DNA of 64,000 bases from a bacterium. Its GTDB lineage: Bacteria; Patescibacteriota; Minisyncoccia; Moranbacterales; DUUL01. Below are positions 18,551 through 30,286 of the stretch, one piece after another; the first letter of the stretch is position 1, and the number at the start of each line of letters is the position of its first letter. The notes beneath the pieces were generated by a model that had not been told where the DNA came from, searched no databases, and saw only the letters and a program-made list of their open reading frames with translations. The stretch lies in NCBI GenBank assembly GCA_018675685.1, contig JABGXP010000018.1:16175-80174 (forward strand), in the 5' to 3' direction. The translations under genes were made by a program, and so were the position numbers.

Positions 18551-19606
18551 GTGAAGAGAGAAATATCAAAAAGCAAAATACTGATTGCATTAAGTGGCGG
18601 AATCGACTCAGCTGTGTCTGTTTTGGAGTTGCAAAAAAAAGGATTTGAAGTTATTGGTATCCATTTTAAAATGCTACCAAGGCTTGGGGAGTCGGGTCTT
18701 GAAGATGCTCAAAATGTTGCTGGTCAACTAAAGATTGAATTGAAAGTGAAAGATATTTCCCAGGATTTTAAAAAGGAGGTTTTGGATAATTTTATCAAAG
18801 AATATCAAAGCGGCAGAACTCCAAACCCCTGTACTCTCTGTAATAAGAAGATTAAGTTTAAATATCTTTTGGAGGTTGCCGATGAATTGGGAATAAAACT
18901 TGTTGCAACCGGACATTATGCTGGTATTACAAAAAAAGATAGAAATTTCTATATTTCAAGGGCAAAAGATGTAAAAAAAGATCAGTCATATTTTCTCTAT
19001 AAATTAAAACAAAAAGAACTTACCAGGATCATTTTTCCTCTTTGCGATTTCACAAAAAGTGAAGTAAAGGAGAAAGCAATTGAGTTTGGTTTAAAGATTT
19101 CCTCGAAAGAATCACAAGATGTTTGTTTTATGAAAAAAGATGAGACATTGAAGGATTTTTTGTCACCGCAGATATCTTGTGTCTCTGGAGAAATTGTAAC
19201 TGAAGACAAAGGAACTCTTGGCAGACACGAGGGATTGGCTTTCTATACAATCGGTCAAAGAAGGGGCCTGAGTATCAATGGAGGACCTTTTTATGTTGCT
19301 GCTAAGAATATTAACAGCAACACAATAATTGTTACGAAAAACAAAGATAACTTAAAACTGAACCCCCATACAGTCTTTTTTGAGAATTCTTCTTGGGCAG
19401 GAGATTCTCCTAGCGAAGGAATTGAGTACCTAGTAAAAACTAGATACTTAGCGAAGGAATCAAAAGCAAGAATTATAAAACTTAAGCAGGATATGTACAT
19501 AGCACATCTAGTTGATTCTCAGTGGGCAGTTACACCAGGACAATCACTTGTGGTTTTTGATGGCGAACTTGTTGTGGGTGGTGGGATAATCACTGATGTG
19601 AAATAG
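18551..19606 (+). CDS. mnmA: tRNA 2-thiouridylase MnmA
   Basis: SGGIDS, TPNPC..CN, ATGHYA, KDQSYFL, ESQDVCF, TIGQRRG, TPGQ. Confidence 0.96.
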   Translation: MKREISKSKILIALSGGIDSAVSVLELQKKGFEVIGIHFKMLPRLGESGLEDAQNVAGQLKIELKVKDISQDFKKEVLDNFIKEYQSGRTPNPCTLCNKKIKFKYLLEVADELGIKLVATGHYAGITKKDRNFYISRAKDVKKDQSYFLYKLKQKELTRIIFPLCDFTKSEVKEKAIEFGLKISSKESQDVCFMKKDETLKDFLSPQISCVSGEIVTEDKGTLGRHEGLAFYTIGQRRGLSINGGPFYVAAKNINSNTIIVTKNKDNLKLNPHTVFFENSSWAGDSPSEGIEYLVKTRYLAKESKARIIKLKQDMYIAHLVDSQWAVTPGQSLVVFDGELVVGGGIITDVK

Positions 19607-19676
19607 ACTTGGTTTATGTTGTTGTTTTGCTATAATCAGAAAGAGAAAGTTTAGTTTTAAAATTAAAATAAAAAAA

Positions 19677-20024
19677 ATGGAGAATTTAGATTTATTGAAA
19701 TCCGAAGAGAGAGCACTTCGCAACAAGATCATGACTGTTAAATCTGACATTTCCAGTTTTGAGGCTGAAACCAGAAAGATTGAAAAAAACTTTCCTAATT
19801 TTGAAATAGAAAAGCGTCGATTGAGGAAGACTATTTCTAGGGCAAAAATAGACCTAGAATCTCTTGAAGAAGGCAGAAGAAAGGAAGAGGACGAAATCAG
19901 AAATTTAGGCGAGGAGAGAAAAACTTTAGAGAAGAAGAAGGATAGATTATTTGCAGAACTAAGAGATGTCGAGGATAGAATAGCGAGGTCTCGAAAAGAA
20001 TCCCAACTAGAAAGTCAATATTAA
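19677..20024 (+). CDS. Coiled-coil hypothetical protein
   Basis: Heptad-like charged sequence; TATAAT upstream and terminator downstream. Confidence 0.65.
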   Translation: MENLDLLKSEERALRNKIMTVKSDISSFEAETRKIEKNFPNFEIEKRRLRKTISRAKIDLESLEEGRRKEEDEIRNLGEERKTLEKKKDRLFAELRDVEDRIARSRKESQLESQY

Positions 20025-20041
20025 GACAAGTAGGAGTTGTT

Positions 20042-20082
20042 AAAATAAAAAGTGCTAATTTAAATTAGCACTTTTTATTTTT
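20042..20082. terminator. Bidirectional terminator (perfect palindrome)
   Basis: AAAATAAAAAGTGCTAATTTAAATTAGCACTTTTTATTTT between convergent genes. Confidence 0.75.
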
Positions 20083-20097
20083 GAAAATGAAGCCTCT

Positions 20098-20610
20098 TTA
20101 ACTCTTGGAGAATTGCTTTATGAAGATAATTGCAATAAATCCACCTGCAACAGCAGTTATTAATTGAGGCCATTGCATCATTTGGATCACTATAGTGGGT
20201 AATTTGCCTACGAATAAAAGCGAAACTATTCCAGCAATAAAAGCAAATTTAAGAAAACTCGCAAGAAGTACTCCAGTTAAAAGTTGTTTTTTGAAAGTTG
20301 CAAAAACCGAAATTAGAATTGCGTTAGAGATGATAATGTAAGGAATTATTATTACTTGCGGTGGGAGTAACAAGCCTCGAGTTAAAGCAATCGAAGAAGG
20401 AATGATTGCTATTAATAATGCATTTACGATTCCAAGTTTCCATGCAGAAATAAAGAAGATAGCATTAACAATTGTTCCTGTAATCCATTGATTTTGTGGT
20501 GTATGAGCAAGAAGTGCAGGCGCAATTACCACAGCCATTGTTAGTCCAGTTGTCCAAAGTAGGTCGGTACTGGAGGTAGAAAATAACTTTTTTGTTTGAG
20601 AGCTTTGCAT
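20098..20610 (-). CDS. ECF transporter S-component-like membrane protein
   Basis: 5-6 TMs, NQWITGTIVNA, FLKF, WPQLITAVAGG pattern. Confidence 0.6.
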   Translation of the reverse strand: MQSSQTKKLFSTSSTDLLWTTGLTMAVVIAPALLAHTPQNQWITGTIVNAIFFISAWKLGIVNALLIAIIPSSIALTRGLLLPPQVIIIPYIIISNAILISVFATFKKQLLTGVLLASFLKFAFIAGIVSLLFVGKLPTIVIQMMQWPQLITAVAGGFIAIIFIKQFSKS

Positions 20611-20622
20611 TTTTTTTATTTT

Positions 20623-20901
20623 TTATTTGGTTAAAATATTTGATTTAGCTACAACGCCATAACTTTCATCTAATTTTTTTCGAAGAGCGGAAATTTCTTT
20701 TGCTGTTCCATCGATAATAATTGTAACAATAGCGGTGCAATGTTCTATACAACGACGTTGAACGTTAACGCCTAGCCTTGCAACAATTAACCTTCCATGA
20801 TCAGTAAGTATTTGATTTACTAGAGGTGCTTGATTAGTTCTGTCTTTTAGAAGGATTGAAATCGTAGCTAAATGCCTTTTGATTCTTCTTTCTGGTTCCA
20901 T
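20623..20901 (-). CDS. TM1266-type iron-only hydrogenase system putative regulator (ACT/NikR-C-like)
   Basis: ATISIL..DR....VNQIL...G.LIVARLG; adjacent to the [FeFe]-hydrogenase operon. Confidence 0.75.
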   Translation of the reverse strand: MEPERRIKRHLATISILLKDRTNQAPLVNQILTDHGRLIVARLGVNVQRRCIEHCTAIVTIIIDGTAKEISALRKKLDESYGVVAKSNILTK

Positions 20902-21007
20902 TTTATTTATTTGTTACTTATTTTATTCTAATTGTAGCACAAGTTGGTTTTTTATTGTATAATATTTTTATAGTGCTTAAAAGAATAGTTAAATAAAAAT
21001 AGAAAAA

Positions 21008-21457
21008 ATGACAATTCAAAATATCCTAACAAAATATCAAGTAAGGCAAGAGAATCTTCTTAGAGCTATAAAAGAAATTCAAAAAGAGTTTGGATCTATA
21101 GACAAAACTGCTATTGATGAGATTGCAAGATATTTTAAAATGAAACCAGCGGCTGTCTTTAGCGCAGCAAGCTTTTACGATCAAATAAGTACAAAAGGTA
21201 AATTTAATATGGTCGTAAAAATTTGCGACGGGGCAAACTGTAATACTAAGAAATCAACCCGGGTTATTGAAGAAATAGAAAGGTTCTTTGGTCAAAAAAT
21301 CGATGACTCTTTTAATTTTAAAGTTAAAATACAAAGAGAAAGTTGTTTTGGATTTTGTGCTCAAGGGCCAATTATGGTAGTTAATGATGTTATGTATGAG
21401 AAAGTTACCCCAGAAAGAGTAGACGATATTTTAAGGGGCTATACTGACTTTCAATAA
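21008..21457 (+). CDS. hydC: [FeFe]-hydrogenase gamma subunit (NuoE-like, 2Fe-2S)
   Basis: ASFY, C-x4-C (CDGANC) and C-x3-C (CFGFCAQGP). Confidence 0.88.
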   Translation: MTIQNILTKYQVRQENLLRAIKEIQKEFGSIDKTAIDEIARYFKMKPAAVFSAASFYDQISTKGKFNMVVKICDGANCNTKKSTRVIEEIERFFGQKIDDSFNFKVKIQRESCFGFCAQGPIMVVNDVMYEKVTPERVDDILRGYTDFQ

Positions 21458-21509
21458 GGAGAGAATAAGAAAGTTTTGAATTTTATATCTCAAAAGAAAA
21501 TAAAAATAA

Positions 21510-22742
21510 ATGGAAGAAAATCAAAAAGTTTTAACAAAACGTTGGAGAAAGGTTGACCCAAGAGAACTTACAAGTTATCGCAAGCTGGGTGGTTATGAAG
21601 TCTTGCAAAGAGTTTTGCAAATGAAACCCCGGCTCATTATTGAAGAGATTGTAAAGTCTGGACTGCAAGGTCGTGGTGGTGGTGGATTTCCAACAGGAAA
21701 AAAATGGGAATCAGCAGCCTCTTTTGAGAGCGATGAAAAATATTTTATTTGCAATCTTGATGAGTCTGAACCAGGGACATACAAAGATCGTTTACTTGCA
21801 GAGAATGATCCCCATCAACTTATCGAAGGGATAATTATTGGTTCTTATGCTGTGGGTGCAAAAAAAGCATATATTTATGTGAATGGAAACTTTCACTTAG
21901 CTCATTTTTTATTGGAACGTGCCGTCAATCAAGCCTATGAGCATCACTTCCTAGGACAAGGATTGATGGGGAGCGATTATAGTCTAGATATAGAGATTTT
22001 TGTTGGGGCAGGGGCTTACATTTGCGGAGAGGAAACAGCTCTTATTAATTCAATCGAAGGGAAGCGAGGCGAACCAAGAAAGAGACCACCATATACGAGT
22101 GAATGTGGTTTATTTAACAAACCCACCGTAGTTAATAATGCAGAAACGATTGCAAGTATTCCATGGATTATGGAGCATGGAGGTACCAAATATGCTCAAA
22201 TAGGAAGTAATGGAGACGTAGGTACGAAGATATTTTGTATCGATGGAATTGTGAAAAATCCCGGAGCATACGAAGTTCCGATGGGGACTGATATTAATGA
22301 TCTTATTTTTAAATATGCTGGTGGCATTGAAAGTGGTGATGAACCTTGGTTTGCTCAAATAGGAGGTTCTGCAGGACAACTTGTCCCACCGAACTCTTTT
22401 GCGGATTCACCAAGTTATTCTCGAGATGCAAATGTTTCAGTTGGCTCAGGAGCGCTTTTAGTTATTAGTAAAAACCAAGACATTAAAGAATTGATGTTAA
22501 GTTGGATGAACTTTTTTCAAAGAGAGTCTTGTGGGCAATGTGTTCCTTGTCGAGAAGGAACTTTCCGCTTAAAAATGATTCTAGAGAGATTAAAGAATGG
22601 AAATTTTTCAAAGGAGGACAAGGACGATTTTCATAAATTAATTTGGACTTTGGATAATACAACTTTCTGTGCCTTGGGGAAATTTTCGGCAATTGCTTTA
22701 AAGGATGTTGTTAAATATGGTTTTTGTAAAGAACTAGAGTAA
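21510..22742 (+). CDS. hydB: [FeFe]-hydrogenase beta subunit (NuoF-like FMN/NADH), short form
   Basis: SGLQGRGGGGFPTG.KW, DESEPGTYKD, GAYICGEETAL, ESCGQCVPCREG...FC. Confidence 0.9.
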   Translation: MEENQKVLTKRWRKVDPRELTSYRKLGGYEVLQRVLQMKPRLIIEEIVKSGLQGRGGGGFPTGKKWESAASFESDEKYFICNLDESEPGTYKDRLLAENDPHQLIEGIIIGSYAVGAKKAYIYVNGNFHLAHFLLERAVNQAYEHHFLGQGLMGSDYSLDIEIFVGAGAYICGEETALINSIEGKRGEPRKRPPYTSECGLFNKPTVVNNAETIASIPWIMEHGGTKYAQIGSNGDVGTKIFCIDGIVKNPGAYEVPMGTDINDLIFKYAGGIESGDEPWFAQIGGSAGQLVPPNSFADSPSYSRDANVSVGSGALLVISKNQDIKELMLSWMNFFQRESCGQCVPCREGTFRLKMILERLKNGNFSKEDKDDFHKLIWTLDNTTFCALGKFSAIALKDVVKYGFCKELE

Positions 22743-22766
22743 AAAATAACTTATAAATTTCAAGAA

Positions 22767-24563
22767 GTGCAAATTAAAATCAATAATAAAATTTACAATT
22801 GTAAAAAAGGAGAAAGCGTTTTGCAAGTATGTAGAAGGAATGATATTAGAATTCCAACGCTTTGCAATCATAGTGACCTTTTGCCATCAGAGGGTCTTTG
22901 CAGGTTATGTTTGGTGAAAACAGGCACTAGCGAACAACTGACAACGTCTTGCCAGTTGGAGGTTTCTGACGGTTTGGAAATTACAACGGAAGACAATGAT
23001 ATCGAAAAAGCCAGAAGAATTAATCTGGAGCTACTCTGGGCTGATCATGCGGGAAAATGTTTAGCTTGTGTGAAAAATGGAAATTGCGAGTTACAAGATT
23101 TAGCCAAAGAATACAAATTAGACATCTATGATTTTGTTCCAGAAGTGGAGAAATTTGAAAAAGAAGAGCACTTAAAAGCACTAAAAGATAGTTTGAAGGG
23201 GAGGGTTGTTGATGATGGGAACACCTCTATTTTTAGAGACAATCAGTATTGTATTGATTGTAGAAGGTGTGTTAAAGTCTGTCGTGATGTTCAAACAATA
23301 GAAGAGTATTCAATGAGTGGACGCTCAATCCACACAAATGTTGGAACTGCTTGCAATGCCCCCATGGATTGTATTTTATGTGGACAATGCGCTAACGTTT
23401 GTCCGACAGCGGCAATAACCGAAAAAGACGAAACTGATAAACTTGAAAAACTACTTGCCGATAAGTTAAAAATGAAAATTTTTCAAGTAGCACCTTCTGT
23501 GCGCTTTACGCTTGGGGAAGAATTCGGTTTGGAACCAGGCAACTTTGTGGAAGAAAAAATTCCTACAGCGTTGCGTCGGATTGGGGCTGATTTAGTTTTC
23601 GACACATCTTTTTCAGCTGATTTAACGATCGTTGAAGAGGCAAATGAGCTTATTGGAAGGATAGGCAAATTTCTGCAAGGCGATAAAAATGTAAAATTCC
23701 CAATGTTTACCAGTTGTTGCCCATCTTGGGTTTTATATGTGGAAAAGTACTGGCCAGAGTACAAAGAGCATCTTTCAAGCGCAAAATCACCCCAGCAAAT
23801 GCTAGGAGCAATGATCAAGACATATTATCCAGAGAAGCATAAAATGTCCAAGAAGAGTATTACGAGTATTTCGGTGATGCCCTGTACCTCGAAAAAATTT
23901 GAGGCTCAACGAGAGGGTATGGGAAGAGATGGTTTAAGGGATGTTGATTTGGTAATCACGACAAGAGAGCTTAGTCGATTTTTAAAAAGAAAAAAACTTG
24001 ATTTTTTGAGACTAGAGGATCAAGCATTTGATCAAACCCTTGGAACTTATTCTGGTGCCGGACTTATTTTTGGTTCAACCGGTGGTGTGATGGAAGCTGC
24101 GCTGAGAACAGCATATGAAAAATTAACATGCGAAACATTACCCTCGTTAGATTTTAAGGAAGTTAGAGGCGAAAAAGGTTTAAAAGTTGCTGAAATCACA
24201 ATACCTAAAGGTTCTTGTAACGTAAAAGAACTGAAAATTAAAGTCGCAGTAGCTCATGAAATTAGAAATGCAAAAAAAATCTTGGAAATGATTAAAAGAG
24301 GTGAGTGTGACTATCATTTTGTTGAAGTCATGGCTTGTCCTAGTGGTTGTCTTGGTGGAGGAGGGCAGCCAATCCCAACAAACGCAGAAATCAGAAAAAA
24401 ACGTCGAGACGCAATTTATGAAAAGGACTCTAAGTTGCCAATTCGAAAATCACACAAGAACCCAGCTGTAAAACATTTGTACAAAGACTTCTTAAAGGAA
24501 CCAGGAGGCGAGAAACCAGAGGAATTATTACATACAAGTTACATAGATCGAAGCAAAAAGTAG
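22767..24563 (+). CDS. hydA: [FeFe]-hydrogenase catalytic alpha subunit (group A)
   Basis: H-cluster motifs TSCCPSW, MPCTSKKFE, EVMACPSGCLGGGGQP; N-terminal 2Fe-2S, His-ligated 4Fe-4S and two 4Fe-4S motifs. Confidence 0.96.
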   Translation: MQIKINNKIYNCKKGESVLQVCRRNDIRIPTLCNHSDLLPSEGLCRLCLVKTGTSEQLTTSCQLEVSDGLEITTEDNDIEKARRINLELLWADHAGKCLACVKNGNCELQDLAKEYKLDIYDFVPEVEKFEKEEHLKALKDSLKGRVVDDGNTSIFRDNQYCIDCRRCVKVCRDVQTIEEYSMSGRSIHTNVGTACNAPMDCILCGQCANVCPTAAITEKDETDKLEKLLADKLKMKIFQVAPSVRFTLGEEFGLEPGNFVEEKIPTALRRIGADLVFDTSFSADLTIVEEANELIGRIGKFLQGDKNVKFPMFTSCCPSWVLYVEKYWPEYKEHLSSAKSPQQMLGAMIKTYYPEKHKMSKKSITSISVMPCTSKKFEAQREGMGRDGLRDVDLVITTRELSRFLKRKKLDFLRLEDQAFDQTLGTYSGAGLIFGSTGGVMEAALRTAYEKLTCETLPSLDFKEVRGEKGLKVAEITIPKGSCNVKELKIKVAVAHEIRNAKKILEMIKRGECDYHFVEVMACPSGCLGGGGQPIPTNAEIRKKRRDAIYEKDSKLPIRKSHKNPAVKHLYKDFLKEPGGEKPEELLHTSYIDRSKK

Positions 24564-24586
24564 AAAATAAAAACAAAAACAGAAAC

Positions 24587-24624
24587 AAAAAGACACTAGT
24601 TCAATTTTGAGCCAGTGTCTTTTT
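24587..24624 (+). terminator. Terminator after hydA
   Basis: AAAAGACACT...AGTGTCTTTTT. Confidence 0.7.
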
Positions 24625-24697
24625 GGGAATACCTTAAAATATAACCATTATTTTATTTTTTAAAACTAGGATTGATTGATACCTTCTAATTTGTTAA

Positions 24698-26860
<2,163 letters not shown>

Positions 26861-26881
26861 GCCTAGATTTAAACTAAAAAC

Positions 26882-27199
26882 ATGAGTGATGAAAAACTGA
26901 TTTCAGAAGATGATGTGCAACATGTTGCAGAGCTTGCGAGGCTCGCACTTTCTGTGAGTGAAAAAAAACAATTTACAGGAGAATTAAATTCAATTCTTGG
27001 CTACGTTAAAGAAATTGAGGAGGTGAAGATTGATAAATATCAGAAGTTTGATTATTATAATTTGCAAAATAATCAATTCAGAAAAGATGAACTGGACGAA
27101 GTCAGCGAAGAAGAGAAAGGGAATATCCGAAAATTATTTCCAGAAAAAGAAGGGACAAGCTTGAAAGTAAAAGAGGTTTTAGGCGGAGGAAGCGAATAA
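26882..27199 (+). CDS. gatC: Amidotransferase subunit C
   Basis: V.HVAELARL..IL.YV; upstream of gatA. Confidence 0.88.
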   Translation: MSDEKLISEDDVQHVAELARLALSVSEKKQFTGELNSILGYVKEIEEVKIDKYQKFDYYNLQNNQFRKDELDEVSEEEKGNIRKLFPEKEGTSLKVKEVLGGGSE

Positions 27200-27251
27200 A
27201 CATAGAAAGCATAAATTGCAAATTATTATTTCAAATTTTTAAAATAGATTG

Positions 27252-28688
27252 ATGATAAAAGAACTTCATGAAAAAATTCAAAGAGGAGAAATTACCTCGC
27301 TCGAATTAACTAAAGGATATATAAAAACCATTGATGAAAAAAATGACAATATAAATGCTCTTTTAGAAGTATATAAGGAGGATGCCTTACGAGAAGCAAA
27401 GAAGGTTGATGAGGAGGTTAAAAGCGGGAATAAAATTGGGATGTTGAGCGGGATTCCAGGTGTTTTAAAGGATAACATTTGCGTTAAGGGAAACGTGACA
27501 TCTGCAGCCTCTAAAATGTTAGAGAATTATATTGCTCCGTATGATGCAACTGTAGTGAAGAAATTAAGGCGTGAAAAAATCGTTCTTCTAGGCAAGGCGA
27601 ACTTAGATGAGTTTGCTATGGGAGCCTCAACTGAAAATTCAGCGTTTGGAGTAACCAAAAATCCACATGACACTAATAGGGTCGCCGGAGGATCCTCAGG
27701 CGGTTCAACTGCTGTGGTTGCAGCTGATATGGCTGTTTGGGCACTTGGTTCAGATACTGGAGGCTCAATAAGACAGCCAGCTTCATTTTGTGGGACTGTA
27801 GGGCTCAAACCTACCTACGGAAGAGTTTCAAGGTATGGATTAATCGCAATGGCCTCAAGTTATGATCAGATTGGCCCAATCACAAAAACTGTCGAGGATG
27901 CTGCAATTGTTTTCGATGTGATCACTGGAAAAGATGAGAAGGATAACACAACAGCTGACAAAAAGACGGAAAATTTCTTTGAGAATTTGAAACCAGAACT
28001 CAAAGGAAAGAAAATAGGAATTATTAAGAAAATGTTTGAAGAAGGCTTGAATGGAGACGTACGGAATGTGATTGAAAAACGAATTGAATTCGCAAAAGAA
28101 CAAGGCGCTGAGATTGTGGAAATAGAGTTACCGCATTTAAAATATGCGATGTCGGTTTATTATCTGATGGTACCTTCTGAGGTTAGTTCTAATATGGCAA
28201 GATTAGACGGAATGAGGTTTGGCCTTTGTGATGCCACTGAAAATGTTTCCAAAAACAAGAGTATTTTAGATATTTACAAAAATTCAAGAGAGGCTGGGTT
28301 TGGAGCAGAAGTTAAAAGAAGGATTATTCTTGGAACATATGCTCTTAGCGCTGGATATTATGACGCTTTCTATAAGAAAGCTCAGCAAGTAAGAGAAATT
28401 ATAAAACATGAAATAAATGAAGTATTTAATGAAGTAGATATTATTTTGACGCCGACATCTCCTGACGCAGCTTTTAAGATTGGTGAAAGAGGATCTGACC
28501 CACTAGCAATGTACTTAGAGGATATTTATACAGTTTCCGCGAATGTTGCAATGGTACCAGCAATTTCTATTCCAGCTGGCACTGTGAAGAGAGACGATAA
28601 GGATTTGCCAATTGGCTTACAACTAATTGCCAAATGGTGGAATGAACAAGAATTACTGAATGTTGCATTGGCGATGGAATTGAAATAA
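27252..28688 (+). CDS. gatA: Amidotransferase subunit A
   Basis: LKDNI, GGSSGGS, GSDTGGSIRQPA, EVKRRIILG. Confidence 0.96.
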   Translation: MIKELHEKIQRGEITSLELTKGYIKTIDEKNDNINALLEVYKEDALREAKKVDEEVKSGNKIGMLSGIPGVLKDNICVKGNVTSAASKMLENYIAPYDATVVKKLRREKIVLLGKANLDEFAMGASTENSAFGVTKNPHDTNRVAGGSSGGSTAVVAADMAVWALGSDTGGSIRQPASFCGTVGLKPTYGRVSRYGLIAMASSYDQIGPITKTVEDAAIVFDVITGKDEKDNTTADKKTENFFENLKPELKGKKIGIIKKMFEEGLNGDVRNVIEKRIEFAKEQGAEIVEIELPHLKYAMSVYYLMVPSEVSSNMARLDGMRFGLCDATENVSKNKSILDIYKNSREAGFGAEVKRRIILGTYALSAGYYDAFYKKAQQVREIIKHEINEVFNEVDIILTPTSPDAAFKIGERGSDPLAMYLEDIYTVSANVAMVPAISIPAGTVKRDDKDLPIGLQLIAKWWNEQELLNVALAMELK

Positions 28689-28723
28689 ATTATCGCCACA
28701 CTTCAATTTTAAAAGATGACAAA

Positions 28724-29104
28724 ATGAAAAGTGGCACAATTGGTGAAGTCGGTGAGAAAGTTGCTGCTAATTATTTAGTTGCACAAGGGTTTGAGATTAT
28801 TGCTTTGAATTATTTTAATGAGAAAGGCTATTGTATTGGAGAAATTGACATTATCGCGAGGGATCCAAGGAATGACCAATTAGTTTTTGTCGAGGTCAAG
28901 ACGAGAAGAGGCCAGAGAGACTCAGTTGTTCCAGAAGAGAGCATCACAAAACAAAAAATAGAGCGAGTACAAAAAGCGATAAATTGGTTTTTGAAAAAAG
29001 AAGATAAAATAGATGCTAGTTGGCGAATAGATGCAATTTCAGTTATTGTTGACTCACAGAAGAGAAAGATGCACATAAAACATATTAAGTATATCCGTTT
29101 TTAA
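28724..29104 (+). CDS. yraN: YraN/UPF0102 family endonuclease-like protein
   Basis: GE..AA.YL, GEIDIIA, VFVEVKTR, RIDAI. Confidence 0.9.
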   Translation: MKSGTIGEVGEKVAANYLVAQGFEIIALNYFNEKGYCIGEIDIIARDPRNDQLVFVEVKTRRGQRDSVVPEESITKQKIERVQKAINWFLKKEDKIDASWRIDAISVIVDSQKRKMHIKHIKYIRF

Positions 29105-29172
29105 TTGACAAATGGGTGTTTTAAATGTTTTAATGATATGATATCAAATTATTTATTGACATAATAGTTAAG

Positions 29173-29778
29173 ATGAAAAATTCACTCGAAGCTTTGTTCG
29201 GTTCAAGAGAGAGATGGCGTTTGATTAAAATGTTCTTGCTTAATTCAGAAGAGAAATTTACAAATCGCGAAGTAGCACTTAGAAACAAAGTCGATGGGAG
29301 GAAGATAGCTGGGATTTTAGTACAGCTAGTGAAAGCTGGTTTTTTAAACACACACACAAAAAAATCAAGAAAATTATATTCTTTGAATAAAAAGTTTCCT
29401 TTTTTTAGTGAACTAAAGATTTTGGTTGTAAAATCTAACTTATATCCTCAATGTGAAAGTTTGGGTAAAATTAGAGGCTTAGGGGAGATTCAATTTAGCT
29501 TGATTTCGGGAGTTTTTATGGATAATTCAAAATCAAAAACAGATCTTTTGATTGTAGGAGATTTGATTTCAAATGCAAAATTAAAGCATTTACTAGAGGA
29601 TCTAGAGGCTGAAATGGGCAGGGAAATTAACTATTCGTTGATGAGTAGCTCTGAGTTTAAATACAGGGTGAATATGTTCGATAAATTTATTTTGGAACTT
29701 TTAGAGGCATCTCATGAAGTAATTGTGAACAATATGCAAAAAGAAGTTCTTCAAATGCAACGTAACAAAAAATCATAG
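29173..29778 (+). CDS. Winged-HTH plus nucleotidyltransferase-like domain protein
   Basis: LEALFGSR.R, SG.F....DLLIVGD, GREINY. Confidence 0.6.
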   Translation: MKNSLEALFGSRERWRLIKMFLLNSEEKFTNREVALRNKVDGRKIAGILVQLVKAGFLNTHTKKSRKLYSLNKKFPFFSELKILVVKSNLYPQCESLGKIRGLGEIQFSLISGVFMDNSKSKTDLLIVGDLISNAKLKHLLEDLEAEMGREINYSLMSSSEFKYRVNMFDKFILELLEASHEVIVNNMQKEVLQMQRNKKS

Positions 29779-29805
29779 AGAATGTTGATCGTCGAATGGA
29801 ATTAA

Positions 29806-30279
29806 ATGAAGAATTTTTTTTTAAAAATTGGGAAAATTATAGATGATTGCAAAAACATTTTTTTGGAATTATTTTGGTATAGGAAATTTTCCGCCTTCTT
29901 TATTTATGGGGGAATCTTATTAAATGGAGCATCTTGGTTTACTCTATGGCAACTAACTAAACTAAACCATGAAATTATTATTCTTCATTACAATTCATAT
30001 CTAGGAATAGACACGATGTTGAATGTTGGAGAGGGGCTTTATCCAGATTTGTTTTTAGTTGTTGTTGGTGGGATCGTTATTTTATTCTTGAATATTATTC
30101 TTTCCGCGATCCTTTTGTATTTGTCGGGAATTTTAAACGAAAAAAAGAATTATAGTAAAAAAGAAAAAGATACCGAGTTAGATGCAAATTTACTGGGAAG
30201 TAATTTGATATTAATAGGAGGATTCTTAACACAAGTAGTTATATTTATATATTCGATAGCGATATTATTTGTTAATTAA
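29806..30279 (+). CDS. Membrane protein
   Basis: 3 TMs, ILHYN.Y.GID motif. Confidence 0.7.
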   Translation: MKNFFLKIGKIIDDCKNIFLELFWYRKFSAFFIYGGILLNGASWFTLWQLTKLNHEIIILHYNSYLGIDTMLNVGEGLYPDLFLVVVGGIVILFLNIILSAILLYLSGILNEKKNYSKKEKDTELDANLLGSNLILIGGFLTQVVIFIYSIAILFVN

Positions 30280-30286
30280 TTTATTT

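Noticed and set aside
21008-24563. Respiratory complex I nuoEFG
   Set aside because: The third subunit has all H-cluster motifs and no other nuo genes are present
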